Below, one piece after another: positions 53,495-64,000 of a stretch of DNA of 64,000 bases. Numbering within the stretch: the first letter of the stretch is position 1; each line of letters opens with the position of its first letter. Below the pieces are notes generated by a model that saw nothing but the letters and a program-made list of their open reading frames with translations, was not told the DNA's origin and searched no databases. The position numbers and the translations under genes were made by a program. The stretch is from Haliotis rufescens. Its lineage: Eukaryota. The DNA lies in NCBI RefSeq assembly GCF_023055435.1, contig NW_025963890.1, positions 57,598,001 through 57,662,000 on the forward strand, in the 5' to 3' direction.

Positions 53495-54010
53495 CTCTGT
53501 ACATGACATACTTCACTGTGTACACGACATACTTCACTGTGTACATGACATACTTCACTGTGTACATGACATACATTTCTCTGTACATGACATACTTCAC
53601 TGTGTACACGACATACTTCACTGTGTACACGACATACTTCACTGTGTACATGACATACATTTCTCTGTACATGACATACTTCACTGTGTACACGACATAC
53701 TTCACTGTGTACATGACATACTTCACTGTGTACATGACATACTTCACTGTGTACATGACGTACTTCACTGTGTACATGACGTACTTCACTGTGTACATGA
53801 CATACTTCACTGTGTACATGACGTACTTCACTGTGTACATGACGTACTTCACTGTGTACATGACGTACTTCACTGTGTACATGACATACATTTCTCTGTA
53901 CATGACATACTTCACTGTGTACATGACGTACTTCACTGTGTACATGACATACTTCACTGTGTACATGACGTACTTCACTGTGTACATGACATACTTCACT
54001 GTGAACATGA
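53495..54010. repeat. 21-bp minisatellite, ~24 visible units, running into the gap
   Basis: Unit ctgtgtacatgacatacttca. Confidence 0.95.
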
Positions 54011-54371
54011 CGAATTCCAATTTACATAACATCAGTTCCATGACATTAAACACAGACTTCCAGCATCGTCTCAAGTACATCAATGGAGAAATCGTAATGT
54101 CATCAAGGTAACAGATTTGGGCTACCTTTCCGCAAATACTTAATTTAATATTACCAATACATCATTGAATTCTCTTTCATTACAGTAGACATATGTGTCA
54201 TTATTTATCTACATTAATGTCAAACTGTGAGATGTGCGTTTGATGAACATGCCTCTTAAATCAAATATTTGTTGTTAAATGACATTGAAATGTCAAACCA
54301 ACCCTTTATTATCTACATATCTCACAACAACTATTTAAAACTACCATTAGACTTTATCATTCAGGGCAGTG

Positions 54372-54526
54372 CAGCGTTAGAAATTGGCACTAGTCCTATA
54401 GTCCTTGCCAAAGTGCCCAATGGTAAAGGTATCTTAGGACTAGTAGAAATTTGTCCTTTTTAAGGGTTTTGCTATATGTTATCATTATAAGGACTAGTGG
54501 ATGAAAACTGTTAGTTTCTAACCCTG
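54372..54526. mobile_element. Family E MITE (CAG...CTG termini), complete
   Basis: TIR cagcgttagaaa / tttctaaccctg; cagtg on both flanks. Confidence 0.78.
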
Positions 54527-55010
54527 CAGTGTATGTGTATTTTTATCTTATTTAAATGTTACTGACTTCATAGTGCAATACAAGGTGTTTTTATATACGT
54601 ATTTATGTGTGGATATTGTGTGGGTTGTGAGTGGGAGGTGGGATGGGTATAGATTAGTCCGGGTCGTTGCAAATACTTTTAAAACTGGTTCTCAATAAAT
54701 ATTAAGTCAACACAGCCATGAACTGCATACAAGCCCATACACAAGTGGCTGGTTCATCATGACCTTAAAGCAACACTCATGCTCGGAATACCTGCATAGT
54801 TCAGATTCTTATATGATGCACAACATCCAATTGAATTACATCCAAAATGATAACAGCCTATAGAACTTCTTCACCTCATCTTTATAGGAATTTTAAAACT
54901 TTACTTCTTAACAACTAAGTGGCCCATTATTATCCACATTCAGCTCCTTGTTAGATTAGGTCACATTCTTACAAAACTTCATTTTCGTTAACATTGCGCT
55001 TACATGATTT

Positions 55011-55390
55011 CCGTATTCAACGTAATAAGCGCCCCGCTCTAATAAGTGCATACAGCGATATTTGCTTATACCGTATTCGACGTTATAAGCACCCTTGGCA
55101 TTATTTGCTAATATATTGGACAGTGAACAATCCTAATTAGCACCCTTTCCAATTGAACAATGTACACAAGACTTATTTATTTGAGTATAATACGCACTCC
55201 TGTGTAATATGCACACTAAATTATGGGCAATTACATTCTGGAAAAATATATCTGTCGTACATAAACATTTCAGGCTGTCAGCATAAACCACGAAATTTAT
55301 CTTTCAACTCTGTTTTTTTTTCACCATAATAATATTCTAATAAGAGCCCCCTATTTCTAATTTTGAGAGCACTTATTACATCGAATACGG
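55011..55390. mobile_element. Family F MITE with duplicated left terminus (55011 and 55071)
   Basis: Two ccgtattc(a/g)acgt(a/t)ataagc starts, one cttattacatcgaatacgg|ta end. Confidence 0.82.
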
Positions 55391-55744
55391 TATTCTTCAT
55401 AATCTTAACAAAGTGCAATATGCTCTCACAACAATTGCCAACAGAGACACAAGGTCACCATGACCTTTCTGGCCCCAACAATCACTAGTGACGATCTACA
55501 CCATGTATACAAGAATTACTGGAAACATAAACCTAGATTTCTCAGATATACTCTACAATTAGTAATTACTACAAAGATCATGCGCATGACAAGACTACAA
55601 TCAAGTGTGTTGAGAATTCTGGACGTGGCGTATGATTAATTGTGAAATTGACAACCCTTATCAGATGTAGATAACAATGTGTTCAGGGAAGCATTGTGGA
55701 CATGTGTGTGTCATCCCTCATTGAGTTCCGTGATCCAATATGGG

Positions 55745-56160
55745 GTGAGGTTAGGTCAGAAATGGGTTTACGTCGCGTTCCAAGCTTACTGCACTGACAG
55801 TGACATGCCTGAACGTATGTTTGTGTGGCTGCTTGTAATAGTCTGGAATCTATGTCGGATTCAGGGTAGAAACTAACATTATCAGTCCAGTAGTCCTTAT
55901 AATGATAACATATAGCAGAACCCTTCAAAAATGGCAAATTTCTACAAGTCGAAACTTTAACTATTGAGCAGTTTGGCAAGGACTATGGGACTATAATGCC
56001 AATTTTTAACGTTTTATAGTGCTAGCCCACTGAGATACCATACAGTTGTTTAGCATGGATACCCCCCACTGAGACATTAGACCGACCAGTCCTTGTTTTG
56101 CCCTTAAATGCTGAGAGCCAAGCAAGGTAACAACAAGTACCATCTTTTAACGTCTTTTGG
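55745..56160 (-). mobile_element. Family D SINE interrupted by a family E MITE (55862-56011)
   Basis: gggtttacgtcgcgttccaag... [cagggtagaaactaac...ccaatttttaacg] ...ttatagtgctagcccactgagatacca...aagtaccatcttttaacgtcttttgg. Confidence 0.78.
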
Positions 56161-56238
56161 GAAAATGATGACATGATTTCATCGCCATTAGAAACTTGTA
56201 AAAGTGCAATAGTCTCAAGAACAACTTTGTAGTGGTGA

Positions 56239-56504
56239 AGTGAGTAGTGAGTGAGTTTGGTTCAATGCTCTTGTAAACAGTTTTTCGGTAATATTACTTC
56301 GTGTTGGCTTGATGTCTGAGGAAAGCCAAAAGTGATGCAGGTCTAAGACATTTACCACAGAGACGTGGTGTTACCAAACCTTGAAACGTAATCAAGGTGA
56401 ATCTTGGATTTGAACCCCCGATCATTGGATTCTGGATGCCTGAGGGGAATTAACACAGCACAAAATGTTGCAGCAGCTTGGTCTACTGGGCCACCTGCGC
56501 CCCC
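56239..56504 (-). mobile_element. Degenerate family B SINE
   Basis: gtgagtgagtttggtt...gaggaaagcc...gtgatgcaggtc...ctgggccacctgcgcccc. Confidence 0.72.
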
Positions 56505-56655
56505 TACTAGTTAAGATAAACCAGAGGAATTATGAAAACTTGGAAGGTTTTCCTATACCATGCATCTATAATCATAATCACCGTTGATTTTGAATATTTA
56601 TCTGTAAATGAAATTTAATAGTATCTCTTTATAACTTTAAAAAAACATATTCCTT

Positions 56656-57075
56656 GACCCATGAAGAACCGGTGAGTGAGTGAGTGAGTGAGTATGGTTT
56701 TACGCCGCTTTTAGCAATATTCCAGCAACATCACGGCGGGGGACACCAGAAATGGGCTTCACACATTGTACCCATGTCGGGAATCGAACCCGGGTCTTCG
56801 GCGTGACGAGCGAACGAAGAACCGGTGAAGAATAGGTCTTCAGCAACCCATTCTTGGCATAAAAGGCAACCTTGTTTGTCGTAAGAGGCGACTAACGGGA
56901 TCGGGTGGTCAGGCTCGCTAACTTGGTTGATGCATGTCATCGTATCCCAATTGCATGGATCGATGCTCATGATGTCAATCACTGGATTGTATGGTCCAGA
57001 CTCAATTATTTACAGGCCGCTGTCATATAGCCGGAATATTGCTGTGTGCGGCATTAAACAAGAAACAAGCAAACA
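56656..57075 (+). mobile_element. Family C element, full length, with family A inserted in its head
   Basis: gacccatgaagaaccggtga [insert] gaagaaccggtgaagaataggtcttcagc...ggcattaaacaagaaac. Confidence 0.88.
56676..56815 (-). mobile_element. Family A SINE (5'-truncated) nested in family C
   Basis: Near-consensus A body flanked by 13-bp TSD gaagaaccggtga. Confidence 0.88.
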
Positions 57076-57560
57076 TTACAAAGCACCAGAGAGACACTGC
57101 AGTATGAATGATTAGATTGACTAAATATTACAATGTCAGAAAGTGCTTGTGTTGCATTGTTCTGCAATCTTTCAAATGATGTAATACACTATGGCATGTA
57201 ACCCTGAGACTAGAACATTGCCTAGAGTATATTAATTTCAAATGTTTGAAATGAACAAGACATGCTGATCAATAAAGACCTCGGCATATGGCGAAAATAT
57301 GCTGCGTCATCTGCAGCACAGACTGCAATAAGCAGTAATCAGAATATAGGGCATCAAGTTTGAGTTTGCAACATAACGAAGTAATTTCAAAGGGAGGTGG
57401 GCATGCTACTGATGCATTATGAAAGTGTGTATCAAGTTGCAACCATGGTATATCAAGACCTTCTGAAAGGCCATTATTCGACCCTAAATATCCAGCAAAT
57501 GTAAAAATTTCCAAATTGGAATTAAAATTTGCCCAATTCATATTGGTATAATTATATTAA

Positions 57561-57836
57561 GTGAGTGAGTTGGGTTTAATGCCGCTTTTAACAGTATTCC
57601 AGTTATATCGCAGCGTGTCAGCTTAATGTGGGAGGAAAGCCTAAAGTTAAGCAGGTCTCGGACGTTTACCACTTCGGTGAAACCCACGAGCACGGGTATG
57701 GTGCTGACAAACCAAGAAACATAATCGGGGGTTCCTGGGATTCGAACCTACAATCATAGGTTTCTGGTGTGCCCAAGGGACTCAACCCTGCACAGCAAAT
57801 CACGGCGCCTTAGACAACTGGGCCACCCGTGCCCCC
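57561..57836 (-). mobile_element. Family B SINE, full length
   Basis: Complete head and body; TSD tggtataattata. Confidence 0.9.
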
Positions 57837-57861
57837 TGGTATAATTATAACTAATGTTAGG

Positions 57862-57969
57862 TCCAGGGTCGATTCCCACATGGGGGTTACAATATGTCAA
57901 GGTCATTTCTGGTATCCCCTGCCAGGATATTTGCTGGAATATCACTCACTCACTCACTCACTCACTCAC
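57862..57969 (+). mobile_element. Family A fragment with (ACTC)n tail
   Basis: gggtcgattcccacatggg...catttctggtatccc...(actc)n. Confidence 0.7.
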
Positions 57970-59674
57970 CGGGCAACTCAAGAATATTGAATGCATAAAT
58001 ATACAATTTTTTCACTGTCAATTCTTCCAAAAGTCCTCCATGTCTATTGTAACCCTCCCATATGTCAAACCACTCTGTAATCAAAGACTCTCATGGATTT
58101 TAACAATTTTCTCAAGGGAAGTTGCCAATTTACATCACATCCCAGCAAATTTCTGACAAAACAACTCATTTCCTCCAGCGTCACCAAACACCAGTGCTGG
58201 TCATCATGGGTGCTCACAGTGCACAGTCCTCTAGCAGGGCCAACTGTGTCAACTGGCGACCTTGCCCTTACAAAATCAACATGCAAACATACACGTTTCT
58301 TCACACTAAACAAATATTATTGATTTCCTTGTTGTGGAAAATTAACTGTCTTCATACATTGTACAACACAGTCTCTCATTCATTCTGGTTAAGTGTGGAA
58401 TGCTGGAGGGATGTGGGTGATGAGTGTATCGCGTGACGTTTTCGAATATTCATCCCTTTAGGCTTGTTTCTCAATGTTAAAATTTATAGCTTGATTGTTA
58501 TAATAAATATTGCATGTATGGGCTAGCTTTCCTACTGGGGAGAGATCTAGTGAGGAAAAATGACATGTAAAACTTCAAAACCAGGGCTTTTTATTGGGTA
58601 ACACATAACTTAGACTTGCACAAGTCTCTAAGATAATTATTATGTTAAATCATAATTTATAGATTACATAAATAATAAGAACAAGTTTTCACTAAAGAAG
58701 ACAGGCATCTTAGTACTGGCTGCTTTTCTAGACCTGCTTGTGATAAGGATAGAATGACTTTACCTCTATTGACTTAACATTCAGTACAGCCTTGGAGCAA
58801 GGCTACGTATTATTGCACCTGAAACATTTCAAGAAGCTGTAAGTGTGCCAAGAGGATATTTTATTACTTGATTTACGTTGTTGTTTGTAAAAATCTTATC
58901 CCACACACATTCCATCAAAAAACATTTCAACATGGATTTTTTCACAATCAAGGGTAAACAAAACAGAAACTTTAAAAAAGCAGCATCTACAAGGATGTAT
59001 CTGGACCCGCTCAGAGGCCGATATTAGGCTCCAAGTCTGCAGCAAATGTCAGTAAATATTTCAAAATGGAAACAAAAAAATCCAAATTCATGTTAATATA
59101 GTTATTAATGTGATGTGACTTGTATTTCACTGACAACAGGCCAATATAGAGGAAGAGGAAAAATCTTATGGTTTTTTTTATTTCACTTGATGCAAAATTA
59201 AAGTGCCTATGAAAATAAGTTTTGGAACAAGAGAACAAATTTTCCCAATTTGCATGTTCAAGGCCCTAGATAAATCATATGTATATCCATCCACATGTGT
59301 AGAAATAAATGTCAGATCAGGACCTCAAATTACTTTGTCATGATTACAGTAACATATACTTGTCTTCCGCCCTGGCATGGCATTTCCTCTGTGACATCAC
59401 AGAGGCCCTGTGACTTCCCACAATCAGCTGTCTCCGCAGTCTTAATACAGCTGGAGTCATTACAGCAAATAAGTAACAAAATGTTTAAACATACAGCCTA
59501 TTTGTGACAAATATCACAAAAATAACTGGCATAATGTTTAGAAATACAGTAAACCCAGAATAGAGAGAGCAATGAGTCTCCAGCGGGGAACATAAGTCAA
59601 CGTAAGATCCTACAGTCTGAGTTTGACCCAAATCAGCTAAATGAGAGGATAAGAAGGTCACAATGTGTGACCAA

Positions 59675-60543
59675 GGCCCTGTTCCACAAAGCGATCTTAG
59701 CGCTGTGACTTTCATAAGTCTATAGGAAAGATTGTGAGTTACGATCATATTAGTGCTAAGATGGCTTGGAGGAAGAGGCCCAGGGCCCCGTTCCACAAAG
59801 CGATCTTAGCGCTGTGACTTTCATAAGTCTATATGAAAGATTGTGAGTTACGATCATCTTAGTGCTAAGATGGCTTGGAGGAAGAGGCCCAGGGCCCCGT
59901 TCCACAAAGCGATCTTAGCGCTGTGACTTTCATAAGTCTATATGAAAGATTGTGAGTTACGATCATATTAGTGCTAAGATGGCTTGGAGGAAGAGGCCCA
60001 GGGCCCCGTTCCACAAAGCGATCTTAGCGCTGTGACTTTCATAAGTCTATATGAAAGATTGTGAGTTACGATCATCTTAGTGCTAAGATGGCTTGGAGGA
60101 AGAGGCCCAGGGCCCCGTTCCACAAAGCGATCTTAGCGCTGTGACTTTCATAAGTCTATATGAAAGATTGTGAGTTACGATCATATTAGTGCTAAGATGG
60201 CTTGGAGGAAGAGGCCCAGGGCCCCGTTCCACAAAACGATCTATGCGCTGTGACTTTCATAAGTCTATATGAAAGATTGTGAGTTACGATCATATTAGTG
60301 CTAAGATGGCTTGGAGGAAGAGGCCCAGGGCCCCATTCTACAAAGCGATCTTAGCGCAGTGACTTTCATAAGTCTATATGAAAGATTGTGAGTTACGATC
60401 ATCTTAGTGCTAAGATGGCTTGGAGGAAGAGGCCCAGGGCCCCGTTCCACAAAGCAATCTTAGCGCTGTGACTTTCATAAGTCTATAGGAAAGATTGTGA
60501 GTTACGATCATCTTAGTGCTAAGATGGCTTGGAGGAAGAGGCC
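59675..60543. repeat. Tandem array of eight 106-bp Harbinger-like MITEs (109-bp period)
   Basis: Each unit has about 30-bp imperfect TIRs (ggccccgttccacaaagcgatcttagcgct / agtgctaagatggcttggaggaagaggcc); units separated by CAG; 8x106+7x3 = 869 bp. Confidence 0.9.
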
Positions 60544-60734
60544 CAGGCTGATAATGATCTTTACGGCCCTGATTACCACTAATGCTTACAAACACAGGTT
60601 CCCCCGGCACATATTTGCCAACTTGCAGATCATCATGAATTTTGAAATATTTCTGAATGGCATAAAACTGAATTCACACAGTTTGTTTCAGATATATTTT
60701 CACCAAACAAAAATGAGAATGAGCCCTGTTTATT

Positions 60735-60890
60735 AGAGCGAGTATGATTTTACGCCGCTTTTAGAAATATTCCAGCAATATCACAGCGGGGGACACCAGA
60801 AATAGACTTCACACATTGTACCCATGGGGGGAATCAAACCTGGGTCTTTGGCATGATGAGCGAACGCTTTAACCACTGGGCTACCCCACT
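60735..60890 (-). mobile_element. Family A SINE
   Basis: gagtatgattttacgccgctttt...gcgaacgctttaaccactgggctaccc. Confidence 0.85.
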
Positions 60891-61040
60891 TTGTTAGAAG
60901 GTTCCACTATATCAGCTTTAAGAACTGCTTGATATTTATTTCAAAAGCAATGCATGCAAACACACCCGTCTATGTACAGCGAGGAAGTGGTATGTAAATA
61001 ACTCCAGCAAAAAGCAGCCATTTTATATGTATAATTAATA

Positions 61041-61379
61041 CTGTATTCGACGTAATAAGCACTCCGCTCTAATAAGCGCCCATGGCGATATTTGCTAATG
61101 CTAATATATTGGCTAGTGAACAATCACAATTAGCACCCCTTCCGATTGATAAATGAACACAAGACTTATTTATTCGTGTATAATACGTTTGTTATATGCA
61201 CCCTTAATTATGGGCAATTAAATTCTGGAAACATATATCTGTCATATATAAACATTTCAGGCTGTCAGCATAAAGCATGAAATTTACTATCTTTCAACTC
61301 TGTTGTCTTTCACCAAAATAATATCCTAATAAGAGCCCCCTAATTATAATTTTGAAAGCGCTTATTATGTCCAATACAG
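61041..61379. mobile_element. Family F MITE
   Basis: ta|ctgtattcgacgtaataagc ... gcgcttattatgtccaatacag; body matches 52719-53053. Confidence 0.82.
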
Positions 61380-61920
61380 GAGTTAAAATGTTTCCAATGT
61401 TATTGTTGGTATAGCACTTTATTCAAACAATCCAATCAATTGTAAATACCAACAAACATACTGTTTACGCTCCCTGCTCACAACCATGACCAGCTCTACT
61501 ATTACAAAGCATTTTCCTGTAGCCTCATTACCCTCAAGTCTGAGGAGTCTACTGAAGTCTAAGGACAGTTTATACACATACAGGTCTAATGCAGAGTCTA
61601 ATGTTGTTGTATATTCAGGTCACATACACCTCATGTGTGAACAAGCCACACACTCAACCGTATACACTGTATTGGATTAATCTCAGATCCATAGAAGGGT
61701 TCGTTCATCTGTTATATTTATATAAAAGGCAACATATATTGGTATATTTTCAGCAATTTAATTATTTCATTAATTTTCTCAAACATATGAATATACCTGT
61801 AAGTAAATTTATGCAATGACATGATGAATGAAATACAATTTAGACTATGTTATTTTCTTTTAATCACTAATATGAATTTTATAATTTTTATGGACATATA
61901 TACAATATATATGTGAAGAA

Positions 61921-62085
61921 ACCTGTGAAGATCCAGGCTATAATTGGTCTTCATGAACTCATTCTTGTCGTAAGAGGTGACTAACAGGATGGGGCGGTCA
62001 GGCTCACTGACTTGGTTGATGCATGTCATCATATCCCAATTGCATAGATCGATGCTTATTATGTCATTCACTAGATTGTCTGGTC
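61921..62085 (+). mobile_element. Family C element, 3'-truncated, single-hairpin variant
   Basis: acctgtgaagatccaggc...ggtcttca...cttgtcgtaagaggtgactaac...gattgtctggtc. Confidence 0.8.
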
Positions 62086-62099
62086 TAACACTGCTCTGA

Positions 62100-62495
62100 A
62101 CAATATTCCAGCTATATCACGGCGTGTCAGCTCAATGAGGGAGGAAAGCCTGAAGTGATGCAGGTCTCATACAGGGAATGGCCCTGATATACATGTACCT
62201 AGTGAGTGAGTGAGTATAGTTTGAAGCGGCTTTTAGCAATATTCCAGCAATATCACGGGAGACACCAGAAATGGGCTTCACACATTGTACCCATGTCGGG
62301 AATCGAACCCGGGTCTTTGGCGTGACAAGCGAATGCTTTAACCACTAGGCTACCTGACCGCCCCACATGTACCTAGAAACAGAATCAGGGTGAACCGGGA
62401 TTCGAATCGATGATCACAGGTATCTGGCGTGCCCAAGAGACGCAACTCTGCACAGCGAACTGCAGCGGCTTAGACTACTGGGCCACTCTTGCCCC
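62100..62495 (-). mobile_element. Family B SINE interrupted by family A
   Basis: tattccagctatatcacggcgtgtcagct... [insert] ...acctagaaac...ctgggccactcttgcccc. Confidence 0.82.
62203..62364 (-). mobile_element. Family A SINE nested in family B
   Basis: Full A copy flanked by 12-bp TSD acatgtacctag. Confidence 0.9.
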
Positions 62496-64000
62496 CAATT
62501 ATTATTTAGTACTGAATACTTCAACAGAAGGTGTGATACATACACTACATTGATTGCACAAGTTGTCATGCCTGGACCAGCCCTTTCCAACATAACAGTG
62601 ATCCTTCCAATTAAAACACCACTAAACCTACAGTACATACATACAATGACACATCAATAATTTATTGTCAGACTTCAAATAATATAACATGCCAGTTATA
62701 TCAGATATTCTATCAAGCTCAAGAACAAACAACAGATATATGTTACATTACTGACAACCTCACTAATATGTGTTACCTGCGTTCAAGTTTATGCCAAGGT
62801 ATATTCATGTTACACGTGTCCACTATCAAATAGTCAAACGAGTAATGTGTTGTAAACATATCAAACATAATTATTTTTTAACATCAAATCAATTTTGTTC
62901 AGAGACTTTTTGTTATAGATTTCACTGCGTAGACATAAGAATGGCAAATGCAATGTTCTGCTTAAAGTCAAAATTGAATAAATCATCCAAATAATAACCT
63001 TCTCTATCCAGACCAAATTAACTTGGAAATCACCCTACTGGGCCGTCACAGTTAACAATAATCCTGATTAACAAGGTCCAACATGGACAGTAACTGCTCA
63101 GTTGTAATAAATCCTATAAACAGGAACCTCACTCATACAAAACCTCTAGCATTTAAGAGTTGAGAACAGCCCTGAATAACAAAATCTAACATGGACCATA
63201 TTCAACTGCTCATCCAGATTAATAAACATAAACATGAACCTTACTTATCAAAATCCTATTACATTATTACACAGTCGAGAACAGTCCTGATTAACAAGGT
63301 AGGACCCTGCAGGGTTCAGTTCTAATGTACTAAACAGTGTTCATTTCAACAGTAGGTTGTCAATATCTATGGAATGTTTATGACAGATGACGATAATAAA
63401 AGTATGCTTCCTTCACAAGTCAGTTTTAACTGCTCTAACAGGCATATTTTGCCCACCACCTGATGCCGATGTACTTGCAACTGTAACACTGGGAAAGAAT
63501 TTGCGAATTCCTAACTGATAACAACTGTACTGTTACTGGAAAACTGCCATCACCATAAATACTGCAACCAGGGGCGATGGAGCAAAAATGATTATCTAAT
63601 ACCATCACACCTGTCATAATAGTTGATCAAAGGGGGGAGGTAAAGGGAATGGCGTTGTCATGTGGATTGAGGGACTGGGGGAGAGGCTTATGTAGGAGAG
63701 ATACATGTTATGTGTATGTTGAGAGCCTGGGGGAGGGGCTGTTAATGAAGGGGTTGGCCTGGGGTGGGCTGATGACAAGGGATGTGTTATTAGGGATCAG
63801 CTGGCATGCTTATGTGTGATTGACAGAAACTGATTACTCTCTCAGCAAATTGACCATGCAATGTACAATGACATCACCTTCTTTGAGTGATAGGGTTAAA
63901 ATTAACTTGCTTTGACACACAGTCTCAGGTTGTAAATATGAATGTTAACTGTGATCTAGTGAGCTGTAGATAAACTGTTATATGTTCAGGCAGAAGGATT

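Noticed and set aside
53295-54111. Long ORFs (244, 242, 202 aa) with VHDILHC/YTVKYVM repeats
   Set aside because: Products of a stop-free 21-bp minisatellite and the N gap.
59359-59378. Possible phase-1 first exon MPGRKT upstream of the CH1 exon
   Set aside because: Weak donor (CAA|gtatat) and too short to distinguish from chance.
63630-63800. G-rich tract with G-quadruplex potential
   Set aside because: Irregular low-complexity sequence with no further evidence of function.

Overview
AT-rich, repeat-dense animal genomic DNA, most likely molluscan (SINE repertoire with (ACTC)n tails suggests a gastropod such as abalone; inference only), with one assembly gap (53363-53494). The window lies inside a minus-strand spectraplakin gene (shot/MACF1/dystonin/plectin family). 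I can support two coding exons. One is a 62-nt exon at 50062-50123 encoding (D)QRDAVQKKTFTKWVNKHLLK, the start of calponin-homology domain CH1. The other, about 47 kb downstream, is an 18-nt in-frame microexon at 3166-3183 encoding HWRFSQ, the apparent counterpart of plectin exon 2-alpha (HWRAE). The rest is intronic: four short retroposon families (A, B and D with tRNA-derived heads; C with no tRNA head but a structured 5' end), several MITE families, Penelope-like end fragments and many minisatellites. Top observations: the microexon with downstream RBFOX motifs; the pseudoknot-capped family C (candidate ribozyme); opposite orientation biases of the SINE families relative to the host gene; a minisatellite of CTCF-consensus motifs; and a satellite made of eight head-to-tail Harbinger-like MITEs. 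None of the supplied ORFs is a credible stand-alone gene. Family letters A-H are my own labels.
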